A stretch of DNA of 58,595 nucleotides, counting the filler, from Sphacelaria rigidula (taxonomy: Eukaryota): NCBI GenBank assembly GCA_964200075.2. It is 10 parts of 10 records of this genome, joined end to end, with 100 filler letters (N's around TTAATTAATTAA, not from the genome) between each part and the next. Parts side by side here need not be neighbours in the genome. Positions count along the whole stretch, not along the records: positions 1 to 5,770 come from CAXNAA020024598.1; positions 5,871 to 11,640 come from CAXNAA020024599.1; 8 more parts are not named here. One strand, 5' to 3'. Of the stretch, positions 1-11,421 are shown one piece after another. The notes under the pieces are model-generated. The model had not been told where the DNA came from, searched no databases, and saw only the letters and a program-made list of their open reading frames with translations. Position numbers and translations under genes: made by a program. Numbering within the stretch: position 1 is the stretch's first letter; the number at the start of each line of letters is the position of its first letter.

Positions 1-975
1 CAGCACACAAATCAAACATCACCAAAAGCACCCGCCCGCACAACGGTGCTATTATTCCGCCCAGCTATACGACCACAACCCCGCAGCAAAGAGCACGGGT
101 TGGGCACAGGGATATAGACACATACACGCACTGCCGTGCGGCGCGGGTGGATATGATGTATTTCTCGTTGGTGGAAACTTGAGCACCTACTTCTTTCATG
201 GTCGCGACATCGCGCGGCGACGACATATGTGCTGCAGCAGCTGTGCGCGCAAATATATGACGTGGAAGGGGCGTGAAAAACTGGAGTTCGTGACGGTATA
301 TAACACCCGCCCCATCAAAATAAGGTGCAGGCATCTATACATTGTATTCATAGCCAGCCATCTGCAGTACATGGCGCCGCACGTATAAGCACGGCGGTAT
401 AGCGCACTGTCCCGCATGCAACGGTATTATACAGTCCAGTATAGTTTATTGTTGTGAATATACATCCTGATTACGCAGTATGCGATAAGATCGATGTTTC
501 ATTATCCCCTGTATAGGCTCTATTGTGTTAGTTTTGTCGACGCGGGACTACGGGGTTTTCAACAGGTGTTTCAATCTATTACCGAGGTCAATTACCAGAT
601 ACCACTATTGCATCAGCTGCGACAAAGGTTTGCGTGCAGTATATAGGACTTGAACAGCTGGAGCTGCTCGCGAGCAAGTTCTTTCTCCACCCAATCTCAG
701 ATGTTCTTGGTGTACAAATTCCATCTGCGATATACGGTGTATATTTAGGATTGTCTGTACAGCTGAAGCTCTTCGAAATGAATCCTTTCTCAACTATATA
801 TTCCAAGTTTGGAATTAGGATATATTTCAAACAGCAGCGGCTGTCCAAATTTCAGATTTCCATTACACTTGTGCCTCTAAAAACAATTCGGGGGATTCCA
901 GTGTTATTGACACGGACCTTCGAGGGCCGCCCCAAAATTCAGAAGTACAAAAACCTCGACATATCTTCAACGTCT

Positions 976-1063
976 GCCACGCGTAGCTCCGTGTGTAACC
1001 GGCAGGCGACGCTATTGTGATGTCGAGGGTTCGACTCCGGTCTACTGTGGTCAGTTCTTTTTT
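976..1063 (+). mobile_element. Degenerate tRNA-like / SINE head
   Basis: GCCAC...TAGCTC (A-box-like), B box GGTTCGACTCC at 1028-1038, GTGGT able to pair with the 5' GCCAC, then a T-run. The cloverleaf is not canonical. Confidence 0.45.
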
Positions 1064-1489
1064 CCGCCAGTATCTTGCGCCCGCAGCTGCTTGTGAAGAG
1101 TAGTGTGTGTGCGTAAACACACTGCACAGCATTCCCACCAGCGATGAACTATTCACGGGGCGACGGAACCCTGTGATGCACACTATTCATGACAACTGCA
1201 GAGAAACCCTGTGGAGAGGAACCCTATGATGCACATGACCACTGTACGGAAACCCTGTGGAGCGTCCTGAGCCACGCTGGGAAACACTGTACAGTAAAAT
1301 TCCCGCCAGAAACACTGCGCAGGGTACGTTAACCCTGTAGACCCCCTCCACAGGGTGCTATCTGTCCACGTGTGCAGTATTATGCTACCTTCCCGTGTAC
1401 GGCATTCATAACTGTAGCACACATCTTTCTCACTATCTCTCTGTGACATGGGGGGGGCAGTCGGACATGCGAGGGCGTGATCGACCGGC

Positions 1490-1700
1490 TGTAATGCGTG
1501 AGAGGACCGCGTGCTTAGAGGACCGCATCGGAATTTGAACATCCTCATGGTGAGGGTTAGGGTTAGGGTCAGTGTTGGGGTTATGGTCAGGGTCGTGGTA
1601 CCTGCAGGGACTGGCCCGATTGGTTATGAAAAACATCAATCCTGAGGTGTTTTGAACTACGGCACGGTCCTCTAAGCACGCGGTCCTCTCATGCATTACA
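1490..1700. mobile_element. 211-bp MITE with 36-bp TIRs and internal telomere-like repeats
   Basis: TGTAATGCGTGAGAGGACCGCGTGCTTAGAGGACCG at 1490 and its reverse complement (1 mismatch) ending at 1700. CGGC on both flanks (1486-1489, 1701-1704). GGGTTA-type repeats at about 1554-1590. Confidence 0.85.
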
Positions 1701-2519
1701 CGGCTCTCTCGGGATGCTGCAGCAGCACGCATGAGTGAAGACACCGACGTAGAAAGTCCCGTGCATGGATTGCAGCATGCTTGCTTTCTGTGAGTTGCAT
1801 GCGCAGATACACCCAAATAACCATCAGCCATACAGTTTTCTGGGAGTGCGGTAGTGTATACTTGGAGAAGCACTGCAGGCAAGTAGGTAGCTACTGGACT
1901 GTTTCTGCTCTTCACTTCAGAAGTGCGTATGTCTGCGAGCGACTAATCGACCGCTCTGTTGCGGGGTAAGCGTAGACACACAACTCAAGTGCGTGAACAG
2001 CAGTCGGCACCTTGGCTCAGGTAAATAGCAGTAGTCAATATAGGTCTAGACCACGTTTAGATTATCTCTTCACCCTGTTTACTCTCCCACACTCCAATCG
2101 ACCTCAGTCACACAATAACACACGCTCAGTATCCCACTCACTCAGTATCACACACAGGCTCACCACATACACTTATGTTAACCCCCAGAGCAAGACAGGC
2201 AGCTGGCACCCGAGCCAAGATGGACCAAAGTGGACTGACCGAAGTGGGCGATGGGGAACCCTGCTGCTCGTACTGCACGCGTGACTGTACTCGCATAACC
2301 TCCGTCATTATACATCATTCCTCTGATTGGTAACCAAATCGTCCGCAATTGCAACATGGTGCATGCTATTTGTACCGCACTTTATCCTACATCAACGTTG
2401 TTCATGGCAGAGCGTGAGCATAGTCAATTAGCCCCCCTGTTCACGGCTCAGCCATGACTGGAAAACCTATACCGTTGAAAAACGAAATGGGGAAATAATG
2501 ACCCGACACGCAAACGAAA

Positions 2520-3035
2520 ATATCTCAAGCCATGCTCAAGCTCCACAAATATATTATATAAAAATCATAAGCTACCCAGAAAATAGTACCAATATTGTAT
2601 GCCCCCCCAAAACCTTCATCACTTATCTCAAGTCAGATTCAAAATCCAAAAATATAAAGCATGAAAGCTGAATTTACCCAGGAAGCAGTACCTCCAATAT
2701 TTCATGCCCCCCAAAACCTATGTCACTTGTCTTGAGTATTGCTCAAAATCCTGAGATATAAAATATAACAACCGAATTTACACAGAAAATAGTACCTCGA
2801 ATATTTTATGCCCCCCTCAAACGTATGTCACTCGTCTCGAGTCATGCTCAAAATCCAAAGATAAAAAATGTAAAAACTGAATTTACCCTGAAAATAGTAC
2901 CTCGAATAATTTATGCTCCCCCAAAACCTATGTCACTCGTCTCGAGTCATGCTCAAAATCCAGAGGAATAAAAAATAAAAACTGAATATACCCAGAAGAT
3001 ATTACCTCGTATAATTTATGCCCCCCAAAACCTAC
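2520..3035. repeat. Tandem repeat, about 105-bp unit, about 5 copies
   Basis: GCCCCCCAAAACC-type anchor at 2601, 2706, 2810, 2915 and 3020. The whole unit is conserved between anchors. Confidence 0.92.
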
Positions 3036-3216
3036 ACCACTCTCACCTTCTCTCCCCTTCGCGGGAATATATTCCATGTAAATCTGAAGTCAAAAATAGT
3101 TCACATTGTCAAATCCTCCGCACCCCTTGCTTTCGTGGCCATAGCGCTTCTTTCAAAACATTTGCACTCTTTCCACAAATTGAGTGCAGACGAAGAAATA
3201 ATTCAAATCACGTTAG

Positions 3217-3787
3217 TGTGATATACATGGAGGTAGAAACAAGGTCCACACCTTCCTAGCTATGATCTGTGTGCTGCAAGCTTGAGTAGGTGCGCAAACG
3301 CACCAGGTGTCCGAGTAAAGCAAGCTGCAAATGCACACGTGCAGGTTCACGTGACTGTTGGTCACAGTAGCAACAAACAAAAGGAGCTCAAAGGCTTGAT
3401 ATATTTTTTACTCTCACTGATTATCCCCTTGATCGCCCAGCACACTGTTCTCACCAATGGTAAACAGTAGGAGTAGATGGTCCGGCTCGAAGGGTAGCTC
3501 AAGAGTGAGCGAGGATGCATGGGTACATGCGACGCAATCTATCTGAATTCGGCCCGAGAGAGCGTTTGCCTCCTCGGGGTCAGGGCATGTCAGCCTGCAC
3601 ACTAATCTTCCCCAGCTAGGAAATACCAGCCTGTGCATCAATCTTCCCTAGAACGCAGCCTGTACATCAACCTTCCCCAGAACTTTGGGAGCATTCCCAT
3701 GGCTGGATCGAGTGATCTGTGAGCCAACCTGCCCCAAAACTGTCTGAAGGAACAAATAACGCATCTCTATCTTCCTTCCTCATGACA
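3217..3787 (-). mobile_element. Solo LTR (571 bp) of the Gypsy family found at 5871-11640
   Basis: Starts TGTGAT, ends ATGACA, with 4-bp TSD TTAG (3213-3216, 3788-3791). 3217-3434 aligns closely with 11423-11640. Confidence 0.88.
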
Positions 3788-4974
3788 TTAGCATCTTAGT
3801 GATACTATATACTGAGGTTTATCCGATCAAACTCGAACGGAACTACGATCGAACATATGATACAGTTCAAAAGGATCTGGCCGAGGTTTACACGTGAAAT
3901 AAAAGTCTCGAGCCTGAATGTTCAAACATTCCAGATCTATGTTACAGATTTATTGGTCATTTTCCAGTCGACTAGGATCCATGTGTCATACTCTTGTCAT
4001 GCCTTTTGTCAGATTCTCTACCCATGCTTTCACAGAGCTTTGAGGATTGATCCCAGCACGTACAGCAGCCACTAGCCTGTCGCCGATAATACAAGAAGCA
4101 TTTACGCCATCCATGGACTGCGATATCAGACGTGTCGCTGGTCTTCGTCGAAAGTAAGCCTGGCTTGCCTGCAGCTGGTGTTGCCTCGAGCATGCGCTGC
4201 AGGTGGAGAGTTACTTTAAACCATCTTGCATGCACAATCATTATCGAACTCGGTTGGATCCTGGTGCTTACATGTCTTTTGCGATGACTATTCGGGTGCC
4301 CACAAACTGGCACCCTTCACCTCTAGACATCCACCACGTGATTCGTGACATGGTGTCCAACCGTGCTTTTGTAAAGTCAACACTGGTATGCTCCGACCAC
4401 AAACTTCCGGAGGGGAGGGTTTTCTGGCGTGTGGGTCGGATGAGGAAAAATGTCACTTCTTCTATATAGAGTAAATAGTGTGCCTGTTCACAAATTGTAG
4501 TTTCCACAGCGTATCTTACCTGCAACATCATTTAGCATGTAGTAGACAGTTCTTTTGAAGTTCACGACTTGGTGTCACTGAGATGTTGGAGAGCATGTAC
4601 AGTGTACTATGATGGTATGCTGCTTCAGCTCTTCGCACTCTTTTGTTCTGTCTACCTACCATACGGACGTTGAGCGTGGGCTATGTAGTTTGTTTTGCCC
4701 CGTGGGTGCCCTGTGCTCCGTACCCGCCGCATTGTACTTCGTTACATGCAACCCACGCAGAGCGCCACCAACGGCTTTATGCACGAGTTCATCCGGGATG
4801 GTTCATCAGCACGCCACTGCAGACGTCCAAAGCAAAAGTGAAATAACCTAGCCAAAACAATTGATAAAAGGCAATACGGTTGAACGAGATTGCACGAGTT
4901 CATCAAACCAGAGGGTCTACAAATGCTGGGGGGCGTTTTGGGACACAAGTTCCAGACAGCTGCGGAAGCTGTGC

Positions 4975-5380
4975 AGCCGCGTTGTTGTTATCTGCTGTTG
5001 TAGCTGTTCGTTGTTTGTCGTTGCGCTTCTTGTTGTTGTCCTTTGTCTCTGTTATTGTGCTGCTGTTACCGTCTGTCCCTTTTGTTATCGGCTGTTGTTG
5101 TTGGTGGTGATGGTGGTGTTGCTTCTGCCTGTTATCGTCTGCTGTTGTTACGGCCGCTGCGGTTGCTGCTGCTGCTGCTGTGTCGCTGTCGCTTTTGTTA
5201 CTACTATCAACTTTGCTGTTGCAGTAGCTGCGGCTGTTTCCGCTTGTGCTGTCGGTTACCCTTCTTTGCGGTAGCTATTGCGGTTACTGTACCGCCTACA
5301 AACAATGCAATTTTGTTTTGCTGCTCTGCGGTTACTGTCCCGCCTGAGGCGTTGCAATTTTTGCCTTTACCGCCCATGGG
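4975..5380. repeat. Low-complexity (GTT/GCT)n degenerate microsatellite
   Basis: Runs of gttgttgt and gctgctgct. These explain the Cys/Val/Leu-rich spurious ORFs. Confidence 0.75.
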
Positions 5381-5770
5381 TAGTTGTACCCTACTGGCTA
5401 TCGCACTGCCTGTTTAGCCCTCATGAGCGCGTATGCCTCTTACACCTTCATGTTGGAAGTTACGAGTAGTTTCCTACTCTGCTGCTTGTACTGTGCCCCA
5501 CTTTGACCGCATGAGCTTTTACCGATAAACGATTGTCATTACCATACGTGCCTCAATCGTTACAACCGAGGTACCCACGTAAATGTTCCCTTGAAATGCA
5601 CCTCATCATCCCTCTTGGTCGGGATCTCACCTGTTACTAACTGTGTGTATAAGTCGGCCGGGAATTTAGAAATTCGTTTTGAACCCGCTGCTGCCCGTAC
5701 TAACAGCCGATCATCTACGTTGAGGATGGTGCTTTCATTGAGGATGAGAACCCGGAGGATTAAAATCTTC

Positions 5771-5870
5771 NNNNNNNNNNNNNNNNNNNNNNNNNNNNNN
5801 NNNNNNNNNNNNNNTTAATTAATTAANNNNNNNNNNNNNNNNNNNNNNNNNNNNNNNNNNNNNNNNNNNN
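5771..5870. other. Artificial contig linker; also at 11641-11740, 17511-17610, 23381-23480, 29251-29350, 35121-35220, 40990-41089, 46859-46958, 52728-52827
   Basis: Identical N44-TTAATTAATTAA-N44 spacer with stops in all six frames, separating pieces of 5768-5770 bp. Confidence 0.99.
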
Positions 5871-6826
5871 GCATTTTGGAAAAATCCAGAGGCCAGATCG
5901 AAAGTGCTGAATATTTTTCCTTCGCCAAGAGAGTCGAAGACTTCGTCGATGCGAGGTATGGGGAGTTTTCCCACGACAGTGACGCGGTTCAGCCGTTTGT
6001 AGTTCACGGTAATGCGTATGTTGCCATCTTTTTTGGGGACGACCACGAGGGGTGAGGCCCATGGCGAAGACGAGTGTTGAATCAGACCAGCTCCTAAGTA
6101 GGCATCCAAAATAGCATTGACTTTTTTGGTGAGGAGGGGATTCGTTCGATATGGTCGAGATGAGATTGGCGAGACGCCAGGTTGCAGTGTTATCTCGAAT
6201 GGCAATGTTTTACAATGCCCGAGATCCGTCTTGGATCGTGAAAATCTGTCCTGATATTCCAGGAGGACATCTTGTAGCTCTTGGATGACGGCGGGTTCCC
6301 AGCCCGGACCATGTAGGTCAAAATGGATATCACGCAAATGAGGTGGAAGTTGGTGCCACATTTGCAAGAAATGTTCCCGAGAATCGACTGACAAGCGTTG
6401 AAGCACTTCATCAGGAGGTTCAGCAGGGGGTCTGTCGGGTTCCACCGCAGAAATCGGAGTCGGCGATGGGGCGGAAAGGTTGAAGTATGGCTCATCGATG
6501 CAGTGAACGAAGCCATCAGTCGGCGGCGTAGGATCAGGCGTCGGAGGGTCGGCGACACAGGTTTCTAGAGGAATGTGCATAAGAGCAGCCGCGGCGATAC
6601 CCAAAACATCGCCAGGTTCCAAATTAGCATGGCCTGTGAGAGGCAGGAGTTGGTCGCCGTCCGAGACAAAATGCTCAGTGCCAGCGGGAGCACCGACTTC
6701 AGGCAGTAATTCTGTAAGGTAGTGACCGGTGAGGGCAGGCATGCCGTTGAGGCGAACAAGCAAAACTTCCAAGAGTTGAGGCTCGTCGGAAAGGGTGACA
6801 CCGGAACTGCTGCTGTACCGAAGATG
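5871..6826 (-). CDS. pol: Gypsy pol fragment: N-terminal part of reverse transcriptase, truncated by the contig end
   Basis: PISSRPYR...GLIQHSSSPWASPLVVVPKKDGNIRITVNYKRLN...PIPRIDEVFDSLGEGKIFSTFDLASGFFQ matches conserved Ty3/Gypsy RT blocks. The frame is open from the TAA at 6827-6829. Confidence 0.95.
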
Positions 6827-6864
6827 TTAAGCCGCTCCAGTAGCCTGCTCATTCTTTTTGTAGG

Positions 6865-9540
6865 CTAAGGCACCATTGAGGGTACCAAAGTGTTATCACT
6901 ATCCGTGAGACCTAAGATGCGAACAGACGCATCAGCTAAAGGAGGCGTTACTTGCCTGACGACCGATGAGGGCTGCATGGATCGCGTCGAGGTGTGCTGA
7001 CGGGATCTAGAAGTCGATGAACTGGAAGACTGGTGACCAGACCGTTTATGGCTGCCTCGGGTTGTACGGCGACCGTTGTTTGTGTTGCGGGGGGCCCCGT
7101 GGCCACGGCGCGGTGCGGCGCTGGGGTGGTCGTCGTCAGAGTCGTCATCACCACGACGGTGGCGAGGGGGGTGAGGCGTAATCCAGGTTCCATCATTGTC
7201 CGGCAACAGCGTGTTGTGGGCTGCCCGCATAGCGGCGAAGAGGGCGGTGACAGCGGTCTCATGAGCATGGCGGCTGTCCCCGGCACCAATCGTTAGATAG
7301 AGCACGAGTCATTCGATGGTGAGGGCTCCCGGGTCGTTGCGCGGGAGATGTCCTCCTTGCTGAAGGAAGGGGACGATCACACTATTGACGGGCAGAGTTA
7401 GTGAGCGCCAAGCCTGCTCAGAAGCGCTGAGAACGTTGTTGCGGTGATACGTCCCGGAAAGTTGGCGTAGCGTCCAAGGAAGCCAACAGCGTTCGCTCCC
7501 TTGAAGGTCCAGCCCAGGGTTGGGGCCAGCGGGCGCAGAAGCCCGAGGGACCCGCGGTGGGGCAGGCGAGGTGCGCGTAGGCGAAGCCATAGAAGCCGCG
7601 GCATCAGCGTGTAGGCGCGATGGCTGGCGTTCTTCCGTTGGGCCGGAAATGGCGGCAGAGGGAGCAGGCACGGGCTCGCTTGGCGTGGTCCTCAGAAGCG
7701 GAAGGTGCTGCTCCTGTTCGAGGGAACGTAAAGCCGTGGTCGCAGTCTCTGTGGCGGTGGCACATTGACGCAAGCGATATTCGTCGCGTCGAATGGAGTC
7801 ACGCATCTGGTCGAACAAAGCAAGGCGTTCAGTGAGAGTGCGTTGGGCCGCCCGCTGACGGGTGGTTGCCGAAGCGACCACCTGGCGTTGGCGCGTCAAT
7901 TGCGTCGTGAGGTCGTCATGAAGGCGACGGTGGGCGTTGTCGTCCGCCGTTTGGCGGGGCGACGGTGGCGCAGGGGACGTGTCTGGTTGAAATGCCTGGT
8001 ACTCCGTAAGGATTTGTTCTTGATCCGAGCGTGTACCACGAAACCAAAGCCGGGGCGGAAGGCCCAGCGGGCAATGCTCGACGCCTAGCAGGGGGCGATC
8101 GTCCTTGTGGGGCTCGGGGGCAGGCGCCGGAGCCGAGTCTGAGGCAATAAGGTTAGGTGGCGAAAGGGTCGATGTCGCCGGCGCGGCCGTGGCAGGGGCG
8201 CGGCCGCGGTCCGCCGTGGCGGAATCCGCCGGGGCCGCCGCGCGGGGAGCGGGGGGCGTGACACGGGTGCTCTCGGCGTCCGTGTCGATGTCGGCTGCGG
8301 TAGATGGGGCGGTGGCTGCGACTGGCGCAGAAGTGGAAGGTGCAGGAGCGTTGGCCATATTTGCAGCGGAACGTAAGTAGCGACGAAGATCTGCAATTTG
8401 TCGTTCGACAGCACGCACAGTGGAAGCATCAGGATGGGGCGGAAGGGCACGGTGAGTGCTGTATCCGCCGCGCAAAGGTGCGTGAATACTAGGCAACGAA
8501 GCATCAGCGGGTTGTCGTGAGCTTACATATGTCTGATCGACAGATTTAGGCCGTGAAGATGCCGTAGTTGAAGATAGTCCCGATAGTAGTGCACGTACAT
8601 CATGAGCATGAGTAGTGGTATCACCGTGGTGAACAAGGTCGTCATGGTCCAAGTCAAAATCAGAAACAGCATCTGAGGTTGAACGTGCATCATCAGAGTC
8701 GACAGCCAGTGGCGCAGAGGCTTGATGGTTCATATTACTGTCAAGGCGAACATGATGAGAAGGCGTTGAATGTTCAACGGCTGTGTGAAACGCAGTCGCA
8801 AGCGCTTGTGAAAGGGCAGTGGTCGCCGGACCGTCAGAAAGGACAGCCGGTGACGAACGAAGCAAGTGCTCGAGGGCCGTCACTAAAGGCAAGTGCTCTG
8901 TGCAAGGCGCTGCAGAGCGGCCACGGCGCGAGGAGGATGGTTGGCGCGCGGTGCGGTGAACAGAAATGTCCTCGCGATACCTGTCTTGCCGGCGTTGCCG
9001 CTGGGAGACGTCGTAACCCTCAACATCGCGAGCGCGGGGTGAGTCAACAACCGCTGTAGAAGCCTGAAGCGGGTGGCGGTCCACAACAGTGGCGGCGCGT
9101 GGCGACTCCTCAGACATGTGAGAGCCCTGAGACTGAGCCCGTCGCACAACAGAGCGAGCGCGTAGCGACTCGTCGACCATGTTGGAAGTCTTGGACAGTG
9201 TACGATCCGCGGCAGAGCGAGCGCGGAGCGACTCGTCGATAGTGCCGGGAGTCTTGGGCAATGAACGATCCGCGACAGAGCGAGCGCGGAGCGACTCGTC
9301 GATAGTGCCGGGAGTCTTGAACAGATGGCGATGGTGGGCACCAGCAGTAGCAAAGTCTTGAGACGTGTAGTCGCCAGAGCTGCGAGTCGAAGCTCTGTCG
9401 GATTTCACTTCTTCGTGTACAGGGGAAGTAATAGTAAAGGGTTTTGGTTTTGGAGGGATTGATGAAAGCAAACGCCGACGGCGTAAAGATTCGTAAGTAG
9501 GCAATACAGAGGGAAAAGTTATTTTCTGCGGTTGTTTCAT
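6865..9540 (-). CDS. Retrotransposon ORF1 (gag position): 743 aa, one in-frame TGA, then about 147 aa. Low-complexity, with 21-aa repeats and a probable coiled coil
   Basis: ATG at 9540. ORFs 7309-9540 and 6865-7305 share a frame across the TGA at 7309-7311. It lies between the PBS and RT on the same strand. Confidence 0.7.
9010..9318 (-). repeat. 63-bp coding tandem repeat, about 5 decaying copies (KTPGTIDESLRARSVADRSLP)
   Basis: GTCTT anchors at 9188, 9251 and 9314. A 21-aa period is visible in the translation. Confidence 0.88.
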
Positions 9541-11403
9541 ATTAAGGTGAAGAAGTAGAAATAGACGTCAGATACCAGAGTATAAAGTTTCTGGGAAAAT
9601 AATAATAACAGGTGGTGTGAACTCGGCAGGAGATGGCAAGTACTGAAAAAAAAGGAAAAATTAAGCAGTAGAGACTACAGAATTTTAGAAATGGAGTTAT
9701 ACCCAACTAGAGTAGACTGCTGTGATAATAAATAACAAACAGTGTAATTGCGGCAATTCCAAGTCTTAAAAGGCAAACAGCAGCGCAAAAAGGTAGAGCT
9801 GATTAAGCGCCAAAAAGGGAGAATCTGCGGCGGAAATAAGACACCTCCAGAGAAAACTGTATATGGGGAAGTGGAGGGGGCGCGCGGAGAGTGTACCAAG
9901 GCGTAAATAGTCGCAAGGGAACAAGCTCACAGATATACCGAGAGAAACCTAATAGTGGTCGCACAAGGGGTTTGATGCGAGAGTAAAACCTAGCAATGAG
10001 GCGACTGTGAAAGGAGAGAGACACTTGGACAAAATGTCCTACGAGCGCGCTGCGCACGGCAAAGATGACAGGTATATGTAGTGATCAGGCACACACTGGA
10101 GAAGGGCATTGCAGTGGGGCAAGTAAAAATACCGCACACAGGAGGTATAGAAAAACACTACTCGAGACCGCCGAAGAGGGCACCAATACTAACGTAGAAT
10201 GCGTTGCTAAAAAGGGTGGCGACGTGCAAGTATCTGTGAAAGTCTAGACAGAAAGATAATTATAAGAGCACTCGAAAGTGTGAAACAGAGAATAGAAGTG
10301 CAGGGGTTCAAGAGAAGACCGCTGTAGCAGTCGACCGAAACACGAGTTGTTGGTGCAGGTCAGGTGCCAAGCTGAAAGGCTACAGGGAATGCGAAAAATT
10401 TCGAACAAGAATTCAGGGAAATGTAAAGGGATCCAGATGGTGGAGCACCAGAGGGGGGAAAATGGAACACGCTGGCCAAGGAAAAGAGAAGAAAACGTGT
10501 GTGTAGTACCTGCGCGAAAGATAATATATATGTATTCACCAGTACTCGCACAAAAATGAAGAGCGCGTTGGGGAATGCACGACCCAAAGGTGAAAAATTG
10601 ACCACTTAGTGCTCACCCAGCGAAAAATGTAGCAGCAGGGCGGTGTGTGATAGAAAATCTGGGGAGAGGTGCGGCTAAAGATGACAGCACTGAATGTATG
10701 GATTAGGTTGGTGCAGATGATCGCGCGGAAGAATAATGAGTGTGTGTGACAGTACTCTGCACGCTGGGGCGGCAGGCGCGACTACCTCAACGGTGGTGTG
10801 GAAGAGCTGGCTACGCAAATAGTCGCGCCAGAAAAGTATGAATACACTCAAGTAGTCAGTGTCAAAAGTAAAAGGACACCACACTATAAGCACAGCAGCG
10901 GCACACAAGTGGCAACGACCTCAAGGAGAAAAGGTATAGTCGATGTCACCGTAAGAGAGAAGCGGCGTGTTCTGTATCGGTTCAGTAAGGGATATGTTCA
11001 ACTGTTCGTGAAGGTGTTACAACAACCCAGTTGACCCAACGTTGGGCGGGTTGAAAAGGACGATGGCAACAGAACAACGGCACTACAAAGCAAGGGTATC
11101 GCCCAACCAAAGGAGCGGCCCAAACAAGAGAGGGGCAAAGGGCAGGTTGCAATCGTTGCTGCTGCGGCGGAAATGTAGCGGAATCAAATGCAGGGAGGCA
11201 GCACTGTGGTACAGGGAAAGAAAAGCACTCTAAAAGCTAAATGGAAACGAAGGACTGTTGGAACTGCTCCTAACCGGGGGGGGTCAAAATACAGATGAAC
11301 CAAAAGTGAGGAGCAGCAAAGGGGCTACAGAAAGGGGCAGCTTGACAACGCGGCAAGGCTATGAGGAGACGCGTGGGCTACTGAAAAACCAAGCAAAATA
11401 CGG

Positions 11404-11421
11404 CCAATTCGTCGTACGCCA
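11404..11421 (-). promoter_or_regulatory. Primer binding site (TGGCGTACGACGAATTGG)
   Basis: On the minus strand the LTR ends ...ATCACA, then 1 nt, then TGG complementary to tRNA CCA. The cognate tRNA is not identified. Confidence 0.75.

Noticed and set aside
2520..3035. CRISPR-like array
   Set aside because: The whole unit repeats, there are no unique spacers or cas genes, and the context is eukaryotic.
4861..5469. Cys/Leu/Val-rich ORFs as membrane or metallothionein-like proteins
   Set aside because: They are translations of a degenerate GTT/GCT microsatellite that is open in several frames.
5815..5826. TTAATTAATTAA as a recurring biological motif
   Set aside because: It is always centred in N runs and is an assembly linker.
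7033..9361. Overlapping alternative-frame and antisense ORFs within the Gypsy ORF1
   Set aside because: Expected shadows of a GC-rich coding frame, with no motifs.
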